A DNA stretch of 63,705 nt, filler included, from Reticulomyxa filosa (lineage: Eukaryota > Protista > Foraminifera): NCBI GenBank assembly GCA_000512085.1. It is 20 parts of 20 records of this genome, joined end to end, with 100 filler letters (N's around TTAATTAATTAA, not from the genome) between each part and the next. Parts side by side here need not be neighbours in the genome. Positions count along the whole stretch, not along the records: positions 51,112 to 52,364 come from ASPP01018233.1; positions 52,465 to 53,479 come from ASPP01043209.1; positions 53,580 to 55,488 come from ASPP01018108.1; positions 55,589 to 57,066 come from ASPP01041967.1; positions 57,167 to 59,482 come from ASPP01038157.1; positions 59,583 to 60,614 come from ASPP01024732.1; positions 60,715 to 62,420 come from ASPP01023273.1; positions 62,521 to 63,705 come from ASPP01010347.1; 12 more parts are not named here. The stretch is one strand, 5' to 3'. The stretch's first letter is position 1; each line of letters opens with the position of its first letter. The notes below the pieces were generated by a model that did not search any database, was not told where the DNA came from, and was given only the letters and a program-made list of their open reading frames with translations. This document shows positions 51,814 through 63,705 of the stretch, piece after piece. A program made the translations under genes and the position numbers.

Positions 51814-52364
51814 TCAATCAAATTCGATGATTCCAATATCTATATCACCTTTACTTCCGTCGTCAAGAAAGATAAATCTCTCATCAAGACTAATGTTAAA
51901 TGTTTGCCCCTTTATCGAATGTTTGACACCAGTTCCTTGAGTGTCACCTGTGTGGATATTGTATCTATAAACCTCGAAACTTGAACTATCAGCTTTTTTG
52001 TAAAAATAAATAGAGGAATTCCGAAGATACAAATTTCGGAGCGCCAAATCTTGTTCTGTAAATGTATCTAATATTCTTACTTCTTTATCAGAAGCATTAA
52101 CTATCTCGAAATACTTTTGATTATGTCTAAGTTGGATTGAGTAACTTCCATCCGGCGACTCTTCATAGTACTTCAGTTCACTAGAATAGAGTGTTGATTT
52201 GCCATCAGACAAATTCAACTTGTAGACTTGGAGTTGTCCTTTATAGTCAGCTGTGTAGTAAACATACCTACCATCTGCACTCCATGAAATTCGAGTGCTT
52301 ACTGCTATAGAGCTATCCAACATTCTGGACGGAAATCCATCTTGCACTAGCCAAAGTTTAGTTC
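51814..52364 (-). CDS. Bacterial TolB/PD40-like beta-propeller C-terminal fragment
   Basis: ISWSADGRYVYYT..QLQVYKLNL, SPDG, FNISLDERFI..DI. Intronless, 80 bp from the next gene. Confidence 0.7.
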
Positions 52365-52499
52365 NNNNNNNNNNNNNNNNNNNNNNNNNNNNNNNNNNNN
52401 NNNNNNNNTTAATTAATTAANNNNNNNNNNNNNNNNNNNNNNNNNNNNNNNNNNNNNNNNNNNNAACAACTCATCCACCTCCATTTGCACACCTTCAAA

Positions 52500-53360
52500 T
52501 ATATATATATATTCAAAAATTTGAAGCAATACACAATAAATACATATAAATAAATAATAAGTATACGTTACAAAGATGTTATATATTAAATATGTACACA
52601 TAAAACAAAAACTTTTTCAAGGAATGAACTCGAGCACGAATTATAGCATCAGATAGCAGGAAAGAGAACAGGCGCACAAATAACAAAATACCTTGAGCCT
52701 CTTGTGTTGGAATGTGCGCGTTAATTTCAATGATAATGCTTCTCATCAAGTATTCCGCTATTTGGAACAATTGAACTTGTGACCTAGGAGAAGCTATTAT
52801 CATTGAAGGGCTCTTTCCCTAGCGCTACCATTTTTTTTGAGTGGCAGTCTTGTAAATAGCAAATCCTTCCACTTTTCAATTCAAGTGAGTCAGTTTTTGT
52901 AACCTGAAAAATTTGTTCGTGTCCACAGCGCCAATTTCTTTGATATGAGAGAGTATAGATGAGAGATTCTCGACTGCTGACATGAAATGTTGTTTAAATA
53001 TCCACTCAGCAGGGCCCAGCGCCACCAATACATTGGTAATATCCAAACTTTTGTTTTGAGTTGCCAAATAATGGAGCGACTTTTGAGTCGTCAGTTGATT
53101 GACGCGAAATTGTTGGTTTTTGTGATAAATGGCACACAACGACATTAGTTCTCTTCCATGCAAATCAACAATAGCGGCACCCAATATTGTGGCACACATA
53201 ACATCAGTCCAACGTATTTGAGTGGTTGACAATACATAGAGGAAAACATGGACTGTGTTTCGTGGTCGTCGTCATCAGCATGGCTGGCACTGCGTTTGAC
53301 ATTGCCACGTTCATGAGGTAGCTTCCATTGGAGGCGCACCATGTGAAATTGATCTATGTT
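52500..53360 (-). CDS. Hypothetical protein fragment
   Basis: Consecutive protein-like minus ORFs (53145..53342, 52876..53232, 52579..52803) flanked by intron-like sequence. Confidence 0.3.
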
Positions 53361-53962
53361 TAAAAATGCGCAATGTGGCTACTTATGTGTGTGTGTGTAA
53401 AGAGCAATAGCCAAAGTAATAGCGGCAAACTGTCCTTTTTTTTTCTTTTTAAAACAAATTTAACAATGGTATAGCCTTGNNNNNNNNNNNNNNNNNNNNN
53501 NNNNNNNNNNNNNNNNNNNNNNNTTAATTAATTAANNNNNNNNNNNNNNNNNNNNNNNNNNNNNNNNNNNNNNNNNNNNGCTCGTCACTCCAAAAAAAAA
53601 TGCAAAGAGTAAATAATGTCAACAATATACAGTTCCAATATTCTATTCTAAATATTTCAAAACTAAAACAGAAAGAAAGGTGCAACATCTAATGTTTTTG
53701 ATACTTTCATTATTTCAACACTGCCACAATCTCAGTCTTGGTTCATAGATAACAATGTTTAACAAATGATATTATTTTTTCATTGAAAATTCTCGATACA
53801 ATAATTCAACCTTTCATGCATTTTAATTTTTATTGTTCAAATATGTTTAACCAAATAAAAAAAGCAAATGTAAAATATTTTTGTTTTTCAAAAAGGGTCA
53901 GGTCACAGCCACTTTTCTTTTAAAAAAATTAAACTTAAAAAAACTTCCTAAACATCAACAGC

Positions 53963-55488
53963 ATGGGCAATCAAACTACAACACAAAACTCTCCTGAAAC
54001 AGGAGCTGAACGAACTCAACAGATTAATACACACTTTCAAACTTTGAGGGAATTACCCACTCCACTTAAACAATCTCAATGTGTGCTACACAAGCACGAA
54101 CTCCTCATTTGTGGAAGTTCTGATCAAAGAGCTTGTTATTCTTATCATACACTCAAAAACGAATACAAGTTTATCTGTGAGTATCCAAGTGATGTTGAAT
54201 TATGGGGACACTGTGTAGTGAAACTGGTAGATAGCAACAGTAACAACGACAAAGATAACAATCAAATCACTTTATTGTCTTTTGGTGGAAATGAATATAA
54301 ACATACAATGGTGATGAGATATGTAAGTGTTTGGAGTGATGACAACAATAATGATGATGAAAATCAAAATGAAATGAATAAATCAAAAAAATTCAATCAA
54401 TTAAATGAATTCAATCAATTCAATAAATCAAATAATTACAATAAATGGCTTCCTTTCACAGACAATCACAATCATCCAGTTATCATTGGAAGAGATGATG
54501 ACTATATAGGAGCGCGTGCATTGATTGGTGGAATCAACAATCATTTATTATTTATCACTTATAGAGATAATAATATTAGTTTGTTTGATTTAAATACATT
54601 TCAATTTATCAAACACGATACTTTACCAACTAATAATGATATATGGTTTCATTGCTTTGTATCAAAATCAGAAAATGGACAAGTACAAGAAATGATGAAA
54701 ACAAATCAAAAAAATCAACAAAATCAACAAAATTATCAAATGTTGTTATTTAAAGAGAAGACAGGATTATCAATTGAATATGATGAAGATAACAACACTT
54801 TTCAATTTTGTCAACTACCTGTTTGTGATGATATTGCACCATTTTATAAATATGCATATGTGTGTATCAATGATGTTATCTTGTTCTTTGGTGGATGTAA
54901 TTGGAATGGTAATGTTGTTTCAAAATCAGTACATAAATATTCAATTCGAGAAAACAAATGGACAATATTTCAAAATACTTTATCCAGTCCATTGAAATAT
55001 TGTGTTGCAATATTGAGTGAAGACAACGCGTATGTGCATATTATTGGAGGAGAAGACGTAGAACAAGATATGTCAACACACATGAAAACTGAAGTGAGTG
55101 AATTGTTGAGTGAAGAAGAAATGATCAATGTTATGAATATATTTATTTGTTTGTTATATTATATTATATTATACGTTAAGCCAAAAAAAAAAAAAATAAA
55201 AATAGAAAAAAAACAAAAAATGGATGAAATGGTGGAATCAAAGAGAACGAAAAGATAAAACAGAGATAATTCAAAAATTCAAAACAAGGTCAAATGAACA
55301 ATTTAAACTATGGTTATTGAATGAATGTAAATGGAAAAATGAAATCACAAAAGATGACATCGCTTATATTCGTTTTTCCATTGATGTTTTCCTTGGCTTA
55401 GTTACATTTTTTTTAACTTAATTATAATAATGCATGTCGATATTTGTTATTTGATAAATAGACCAATCAAGACAACAAAGAAGAGGAA
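53963..55488 (+). CDS. Kelch-like repeat protein of the expanded family, N-myristoylation-type start, partial
   Basis: MGNQTTT; FQTLRELPTPLKQSQCVLHKHELLICG..CYSYHTLKNEYKFICEYP, clearly paralogous to 34580; LLSFGG, LIGG, LFFGG, HIIGG. Further exon KWWNQR..FKLWLLNECKW. Confidence 0.85.
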
Positions 55489-57166
55489 NNNNNNNNNNNN
55501 NNNNNNNNNNNNNNNNNNNNNNNNNNNNNNNNTTAATTAATTAANNNNNNNNNNNNNNNNNNNNNNNNNNNNNNNNNNNNNNNNNNNNGTAAATCACTAA
55601 AATATTCATTTTTTATTTTATTGTCGACTTGGTCACAAAAAAATCACAAAGCTGCTTGGTAATGTGACTAAAAACAACTTTAATAGTATCTGATTATTTA
55701 TAGCGTAAATTTTTTTCATTTGACATTTCTTGATTGTTTTCAAAATGTTTGTATTGTCAAAATTTGTTTAATAAAGTCAAATGCAAATGTTACGTACGAT
55801 GAACAATAAAACATTATACAATTTTTTTTTATGTCGCTATATGTTTCTTGTATTCAAAGTACTTCGATGCCTTTTTGAAGAAAAAAGATTATATATTCAA
55901 AACAACACTAACTCGTAAACAAAAAATTATCATCTGAAGTCCAGCTCTTGGCGGGGTCGCGCCGTCGTCATTGGGGCAAGGAGGCGCATTTCCATTCCAA
56001 GCACACTCTTTTGATTGTTTTTTTTAATCATATTGTCGAGGACTATTACCAACAAAGACTTACACGTAATGCTTGTTTAAGTCAAATCCACCGTGATTGC
56101 TTTTATCATGTCAGATAATTGTCGTGTTTTGGGATTGTGTACCTTTTCGACTATCTTTTTCCAATTTGATTGGATACGTCTAGTGGTTGAAAACGTGCAG
56201 AAAGCTGTTTGCTCATCCAAGAGATGAAATATGATAACAACACATAGGATTGAGAAGGACCATTTGAAGGAGGCAGAAAAGGAAAAGAAAATTGTTTGTT
56301 TTCAGGAAACACTGACATGTGAATTTTACGCACGTTATTTTTAAAAAAAGGGAATGCCAATAAGTCTGTGTTTAACTGCTACTGATTATTTGCAGTTCTC
56401 CTTCAATAAGAATTGCAAACAAAAATTTAATTGAATATTGCCAATATTCCATAAATATTAGTCCTTTTTTCCCCAACTTACAAAAAATTTTGTTTCCTTT
56501 GTTTTGTAACAAAAGGGGAAAATTTTGAAAATGAGCTTTGTGCAATAGTCGAAATTGCTTCATTTGTGTCAACTTAAACTTGATTCATAATTAGATGCCG
56601 CTTTGTAACTTTGTTTTTCTCTGTCTGTGTTAAGAACTGTGAACGACATACTACACAAAAAAACAACGGATATAAAAATGCGACAAATAAACAACGAACA
56701 GTAGATAAAAAAAGCAAAGAAGAAGATAGCAATGAAAAATGGTAAGCGAACAGAGAATGAGCAAACATTGACAACGACGAGAGAAGATTGAATAAAAAGG
56801 ATGAGAGCCGAGTAGTAGATTGGTCACATTCATCTCATTGAATGAACAATTCACCGAACGTGAATGACAATGCTCGACATATAAACAAGCCGATATGGCA
56901 ATGCAAATCAATGGCGACGGAAAAAGATATAGAAAAAGATGATGACGAAGATATTACAGCGTGGAATTGCTGGAAGTTATTGTTATATGCATATTATCAT
57001 TTTGCATGTTTTTGCTGTTTGTTTTTTTTTTTTTTGAGTGCATTACTTTGCAAAGGATTTTTATACNNNNNNNNNNNNNNNNNNNNNNNNNNNNNNNNNN
57101 NNNNNNNNNNTTAATTAATTAANNNNNNNNNNNNNNNNNNNNNNNNNNNNNNNNNNNNNNNNNNNN

Positions 57167-59240
57167 AAAAGTTGTGATATACTTTCAGCAATTTTCTTTG
57201 CAATTTCAAAGGTTCATCTAGACAGAATTTCCCCAACAATAAGCCTTTGCGTGTATTATCCAAACCAGTAACTACTTCAAACCCCTTACATAGTCTAGCA
57301 GCTACTGATGGATTTTTTTGATCATGAACCAAAACTTGATCTGCCAAAATATCTTCTGGAATGTAAGGGTGCAATAGCATTTTCGCACAATTGCGAACTT
57401 CGGATTTATATCTTTTTTTCCACTTTTCAGCAAATTATCTATCAAACAAAGTAGTATTATTACTTTTTCTTTTTTCTTGTAAAAAAAAAAAAAATAATAA
57501 TAATATAGTAGAACAAAACTATCATTTTGAATGATTGCGACAGCAAGTAGTTTGTTGGAGGAATGTAAATAGGTGCAGAAAATCACCGATTAATGGACAA
57601 CAAAGGCGATTCGTCAACATGATAGAATGTAAATGTTTTTGTTTCATTGTCCAACAGCAAGGTTCTCTCCAATGGACCATCGACAATGTCTTTGTCCAAA
57701 CTTAATGGAATCAATCGTCGGTCCATTCGTCTTCTCGATAAAGACTTACGTAATGGAATATAAAATAGTTGCTTCTTGGATTCATTTGCTATTGTCGGAA
57801 CATTCTTTATTATGAGTACATAAATATGTATACGTATGAATATTATAGACATCAAATAATTGCAAACCAAATAAATTCAAAAAAAAAAAGATTAACCTGT
57901 TGAAGATGTTAAAGTGAAGTATTTGTTATTTGCATCAAACTCAGTTTGACAGTGACTTCGGGAGTGCCTGATTGGCTGTATCAACTGAATATTGGTCGCA
58001 AATTGACGCCGCTGACATCTTCCATCGCGTAGATAAATTGCTCGACAGTACAAGCTTGCCCGTCATGCCTTTGCAGATATAGCTGTAGGCCTAAAGTGAA
58101 TTTATCCTGCCAATGTTCGTTTCGACCATGCGCACAACTTCGGTACCTTTTTCATAGACGGTGGTATAAAAGTTGTTGATTTCGATATAAGACTATGGCC
58201 GGATAGGATGGGTCATTGGCTCACCGTCTTCTTTGAATTGTGTGTTTTGCAGTTGCATTGCATTGTCAATTCTTTGTACATTTCGAGACCTGTAATCGCT
58301 GGAAAATTCTTGGTCGTGATACACCGTCAGACCCTCCCTCAAGCTCAATTGAACCCAATCTCGAAGTGTTACTCGATTGCCAGTGTAATTTTGACTATTT
58401 ATTATTGTTTATTTCTTATTATTTCTTATCTTTTTTTTTATGAAACAATCAAATAATAATAATAATAAATTGAATGAATGTATTTGACAAAAAGATACAA
58501 TTATAATATACAAGTATTTGTGGACAACAACTCCTTGGATGTTATGACAATCGATATCAGTATCATTATCCGCCAAAATGTATTTGGAATTGAAAATATT
58601 TATCGATTTATTTTCAATGGCGCCTGTGTTGAAATCGTCCACTGCGATAATGTTGAACAAGTCCAAATCATACTCCAAGCCAAATCTTTTTTCATCCCAT
58701 TCAAACGCTTGCTTCAGTGATTGCATCGTTCAATCGCACTTTTTTATGTTGTGTGGTTCCACGTAGATACGTAGGGTTACGTCTCTGCGACTTTGTGTTT
58801 GATACGACTGCTTCGATATATTGCAAGTCTCCGACCACCAATGCAAATAAATAACAGGGCTTCAAAAATGTGTTTTTCCAAACTGCAAAGTATCGTCCAT
58901 TTGCTTCTTTTCTGCAATCATACAAAAAAAGGAAACAATTTGGTACGTAATATCGCAAATGATATTTAAAAAAGGGGAGGGGGGGGGAAAAAAGAGACAC
59001 ATATCATATACGTACCCCAATTTTATCAAATTGCCATTAGATAGTAACACCGGACAAGTGGTTTCGTCTGCATGGATTGTGGTTTGATACTTGACAGTAG
59101 CGTCGGGGCTGTCAGTGAAATACGTAATCTTGCGAAACCCCTGAGCTTCACATTTGGTGCAATAGATACTCTTGCTTTTGTACAATCCGTTCAATGGCGT
59201 GTTTTTTTCTGGTTCAATTCGGGTTGTCTGTTTACATTGG
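57167..59240 (-). pseudogene. pepN: Aminopeptidase N (M1 family, PepN type), intron-containing, inactivated
   Basis: [113 protein letters not shown] is changed to GAIEN, HExxH to HK.., and there is an in-frame stop. Confidence 0.85.
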
Positions 59241-59679
59241 TTCCATCCAACACGACAAAAAGATACGTTTTGTTGTTTTTTTTTTTTTGCATTGCGATAT
59301 CTCGCAAAAAATTTGGGAAAAAAAAACTAAACAATGTCCAAAAAAAGACGTCCTTCGTTGTAATGATCTTTTTTTATTGGGATCTCCAATGACCAATTAT
59401 GTGAATTGATTGTATATCTATCAATTATTTTTATTTTCATTACAAACAACGCAATTATATCCAACATTTTGGCTACTCAAAANNNNNNNNNNNNNNNNNN
59501 NNNNNNNNNNNNNNNNNNNNNNNNNNTTAATTAATTAANNNNNNNNNNNNNNNNNNNNNNNNNNNNNNNNNNNNNNNNNNNNATGTTTTCCTTATCTCAA
59601 CGGGGGAGTGTAAAAAAAAAAAACATAGTAGATATATATTTATGTAATAACAACAGAAACAAATGGGACTTTCAAATTC

Positions 59680-60438
59680 ATCGAAGAAATACTTCTTTTT
59701 GGCGGCGACGATATCGCGATACTGGAATCGGACACTGGTCACTACCGACGGAATTTCGAAGAAAAGTTTTGCAAAGATAAGGATATGCGCCGACTTGTAT
59801 TGCGTTTGTTGCGCGACTGGCGACGACAAGTGTATCCAACGTTTCTTAGCAATCCGTACAACTATCGTTGGAACTTTTTGAAGGAGAACGGTTTCTTCAA
59901 CGAAGAGGAGCTGCAGCGACTGGGCAATCAGTACTTGCGAATTCTGGTTCGCACGAAAGAGTATTACGTGAAGGACAAATCGTCGCAAAAGAAGGTAAAG
60001 AACGAGAAACAGCGATGGGAGGAGGAGAACCAGTTTGAGGAAGAGTACGTCTTTGAGGAAAACGCAGAAGAGCAAAGGTTGCAAGATCAAAAAGATAGCA
60101 AAGTCAAGGCAAGCGAGTTGTCTACCCATCACAAAGGGGATGTCGACCTTTCCAAAGTGACTCAATTATTGGTTTTGTCGGAAAACCAGGACGACGACAG
60201 CGACAAAGGCGGAAATGAGTTGATTAGGAAGCTTAGCAAAAAAGAGCAACAACAGTGGCAGCCTAAATCTTCCGTGAAAATGCAAAGCGAGCCTCTCGTC
60301 AAAAAAGGCTCACTGAAAAAAAAAGAAGAGCGGAGAGATGACTTTAGCGAGTACAAAAGTAAAAAGGAAGGTTACGCATATCGAAACAATGCACAAGCCA
60401 AAGTCCAGCCCGGAACTGCGACTGGGCCAATGGAATGA
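59680..60438 (+). CDS. Hypothetical protein, 3' part, charged C-terminus
   Basis: GC-elevated 217-aa ORF with an E/K-rich tail. No motif recognised. Confidence 0.45.
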   Translation: MEEILLFGGDDIAILESDTGHYRRNFEEKFCKDKDMRRLVLRLLRDWRRQVYPTFLSNPYNYRWNFLKENGFFNEEELQRLGNQYLRILVRTKEYYVKDKSSQKKVKNEKQRWEEENQFEEEYVFEENAEEQRLQDQKDSKVKASELSTHHKGDVDLSKVTQLLVLSENQDDDSDKGGNELIRKLSKKEQQQWQPKSSVKMQSEPLVKKGSLKKKEERRDDFSEYKSKKEGYAYRNNAQAKVQPGTATGPME

Positions 60439-60714
60439 AGACCGATACAGATTTGGATGCCAATCGCATTGAAAAGAAATCCAACAGTATCAATTGGAAT
60501 ATCCAATTAAACTGTGCCAATCTCATTATCAGTTGCTTGACAGCCTTTGCTCATTACTGTAGTGACATTCAATTCCATCTGATTTACTTCAATGTGGACT
60601 GTTCAACGTATTCANNNNNNNNNNNNNNNNNNNNNNNNNNNNNNNNNNNNNNNNNNNNTTAATTAATTAANNNNNNNNNNNNNNNNNNNNNNNNNNNNNN
60701 NNNNNNNNNNNNNN

Positions 60715-61486
60715 ATTGCTTTGTAATGGTGAAATATCAACACACTCAATACTATTTTTATGTCCATTGAAAACATGTAACGATTTTGATATTTCAACAT
60801 CCCATAAACGAATTGTTTTATCCCATGATCCAGAACACAAATATCTACCACCATTAAATTGTGAAAATTCAATTCCATTAACACTATCGGTGTGTCCATT
60901 GAATATTTGTAATTGCTTATTATGTTTGAAATCTCAAAAACAAATGATGCCTCCAGTTGATAAAAAACAAATGACATTTTGATTGTGAAAATTTACACAA
61001 TACACATAAACTGAAGGTCTATTTAACGACTGAATTAGTTTGTTGTTATCAACATCACATACACGAACTGTGCTATCATCTGATCCAAAACAAACGGATT
61101 GACAATCACCAAATGTTGAATAATCAATATTATTCACACAATCATTATGTCCAGTGAGTTTATTGATCAATTTGGATGATGAATGAAACGTATTAAGTAT
61201 GAAGAAAATTCTTGCATGTAATAGAATGAATTATAAATATTATGAACAAATATACATTTGTGATTGAATGAAAATAAAATATAACATAATCGACAAGTTT
61301 GTCAAAATTATTGATCCATCCTAATTTAATGTTTAATATTCGAATCAAATTCCTGATAATTACTTGGATATCTTTTTCTAACTGGTTTAACCACAAGTCA
61401 CGCACAATAAATATGACGTTAAAACAACTAGTTTTGAAAAATTGAAATAAAGCTTCAATTATGGGGTTTAACTTCAAAAGGAGCAA
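60715..61486 (-). pseudogene. WD40-repeat protein of the expanded family, degraded
   Basis: IQVIIRNLIRILNIKLGWINNFDKLV; GHNDCVNNIDYSTF..GSDDSTVRVCD; GHTDSV..FSQFNGGRYLCSGSWDKTIRLWDVE. Contains stops and frameshifts. Confidence 0.8.
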
Positions 61487-63197
61487 TTATTTTCTATTGA
61501 GTTGTTATTTGTAATAATTAGTAACTTATATCTTTAAATTTACAACATTATTTGAAAATATCATAAAAGTCATTTTAAAAAAATTTACTGATCTGTGAAG
61601 AACAATAATAATCAACTTGTGATAGTTTTATCAAATTGCAAACTGCAAGATGTACACATTCAAAATTTTCTTCTGTGAAAATGATAAAATAACAAATGCA
61701 GTTATTCAAAGGACAATATTGGAAAATCTCATACTGAACTCTTTTTGAACATGACACTCATCAAGTCCTTTTTATATGAATTTGCTCTGTTCTTCCTTTT
61801 AAGAAAGGGTCCATGTCAACAATGAAAAACAATAGAAAAAGAAAGAAACGCTTGTTTAAGTTTTTTTAAAAAAAACTTCTGAATTTGAATGCATTTGTTA
61901 TGTGAAAATATTCGACAATCATTTCATATCAATGAAATTAAATTGATTTTTCCTTTTTATTTAGATCAACTGATAGTCATTGAACAATGAAAAAATAATT
62001 GACAAGATTTGTCTGTCATTGCAATACCAACGTCAACAATTAATGTGTAATATCTATAATTAAAATTTTCTAACAATTGAAGTATGGAGCATACAAAGAG
62101 ACTCTTAAAAAAATGAAATGACAAAATATAATTGGAGGAACTTTATTATGCAAAAAACAAACACAATCTGTGATTTCTTGCAAAAGTAGAGATTTGAATT
62201 TTTTTTTGTTATTTTAATTAATTTTTTCAAAAATAAAAAACAAGTAAACCAATAAAAAAAATTAACAACTACTTTATAAAGGAGTCTCAGATTGTCCCTT
62301 TTTTAAACACAACTTTTTTTTGGAGGGAAAAAAAAACTCTCATCATAATAAAGAAAAGATAATGTTGGCCTTGAACGTGGAAAGAGATGAAAAAAACTCG
62401 GAAAATGAAATAGAAACATTNNNNNNNNNNNNNNNNNNNNNNNNNNNNNNNNNNNNNNNNNNNNTTAATTAATTAANNNNNNNNNNNNNNNNNNNNNNNN
62501 NNNNNNNNNNNNNNNNNNNNACTTCTTCTTTTTTGTTAATGTTCTATTTTAGTTATTTTTTTTTTTTTTTTTTTCGTTTGTTTGTTTTGCTTAGGCTTTA
62601 TTTTCGTTTTCTCAATATCTACTTTTTTTTTACAATTGGACTTCCTTTTTTTCATGTCATTTAAGCGAGGTTCGAATGTATGGGTGAACGTTTTGCACCA
62701 TGTAATTTGATGTTCCTTTTTGTCATAATTGACTTTTTACTTTTATTTTTTTTTCAATTTTTTTTTTTGAGATCTCTTTTGTTTCCTTTCATCCACGACC
62801 TATTTTTTTGATAATTTTTTTTTTTCCTCTTTCTACAAAAATGTGTTTGTAATTCTTGAATTGCAAATTTTCCAAGTTCGTTGTGTTTTTTTCAAGATTG
62901 TGAGTCTAAACTTGAGACAACCGCCAACGACTTTTGTCAGTATCGTTCATGTTGTTGTAACAAAACCAAAATTCATTCACGTCGCTATGTTCTGTTTGTG
63001 TATTTCTTTGGTCATCCCAAATCAGAGGGTTTATTCGCTACCGAAGCTTGATCAAGTCTTTTGAATTCGAGGTTATTGTGTCTCTTATGATTTTTTTTGG
63101 AAAGGAAAATGTCATACTGAACAGAAAAACTGAGTTGGGAGGGCACGCAAGTGAGTGAATTTTTTAAAAAAAAAAGAAAAAAGCATTAAGAATACAA

Positions 63198-63647
63198 ATG
63201 AAGACATTGTTATTATCGTTGGCAGTGTTGTTGCTTGCAGTGCAGGTCTTTCAGCTTAAAAAAACGCCAAGTAAAATCAAAACATTGATATTTCTAAACA
63301 AACAACGGCCAACCAAACAATAGGCAAAAAATTTGGAAGAGATTACAAACCGAGTGTACTTTGACATTGAAATTGCAGGGAAACCAGTTGGAAGAGTAGT
63401 GTTAGGTATGTGGGATATTTTTAATACCGAAACAAAAAAAAAGGGGGGTCAAGGATTTGGTACGAATGAATTAAAAGGAAGCAATGACAAAAATAAAACA
63501 ATAAAAAAAAGGTTTAATTTGGCAATGCGGTACCAAAGACAGTTGAAAACTTCCGTGCGTTGTGTACCGGTGAAAAAGGTGAAGGAATTGCTAAAAAGCC
63601 CTTGCATTACAAAAACTCATTTTTCCATCGAATTATTCCAAACTTCA
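63198..63647 (+). CDS. Secretory cyclophilin-type peptidyl-prolyl isomerase (CypB-like), 5' exons, partial
   Basis: Signal peptide [16 protein letters not shown] | [22 protein letters not shown] | [36 protein letters not shown]. Confidence 0.92.
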
Positions 63648-63705
63648 GTTTGCCTTTTTTTTTGTTTGTTTGTTTGTTTGTATTGAAAGGAGAGAGAGAG
63701 AGAGA

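Noticed and set aside
1-63705. Gene-neighbourhood or operon-type system across the window
   Set aside because: The contigs are joined artificially, so co-occurrence of the RNF213-like, GTPase, USP and Kelch/WD40 genes is not evidence of linkage.

Overview
This window is not one locus. It is 20 short, AT-rich contigs joined by 19 artificial 100-bp linkers (N44-TTAATTAATTAA-N44), so adjacency across a linker means nothing. Nearly all contigs are eukaryotic, intron-containing, standard-code DNA. The expanded Kelch-like and WD40 families ('HWIR..IKLGWI.DF' motif), many pseudogenes and A/T homopolymer-rich introns point to a foraminiferan such as Reticulomyxa filosa (inference). Recognisable genes: a large USP40-like deubiquitinase with an inserted UBA domain and a UIM, an EEP-family phosphoesterase, a tubulin-tyrosine-ligase-family protein, two paralogues of a P-loop GTPase/helical-repeat family fused in inverted orientation, a SAM methyltransferase, a PhyH-type dioxygenase, a degraded Cu-SOD-repeat protein, a Kelch+WD40 fusion, an RNF213-like AAA+ fragment, a histidine acid phosphatase, a Kelch-like protein, a PepN pseudogene, a WD40 pseudogene and a secretory cyclophilin. 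There are also two degraded non-LTR retrotransposon remnants and one bacterial-looking contig with CadC-like/TolB-like genes. The most interesting signals are splice acceptors preceded by A-rich rather than polypyrimidine tracts, self-complementary introns, a shared uncharacterised adaptor motif in the Kelch/WD40 expansion, and immunity-type genes (RNF213-like, AIG1-like GTPase). Many frameshifts lie in homopolymers and are probably sequencing errors. No tRNA, rRNA or CRISPR array was seen.
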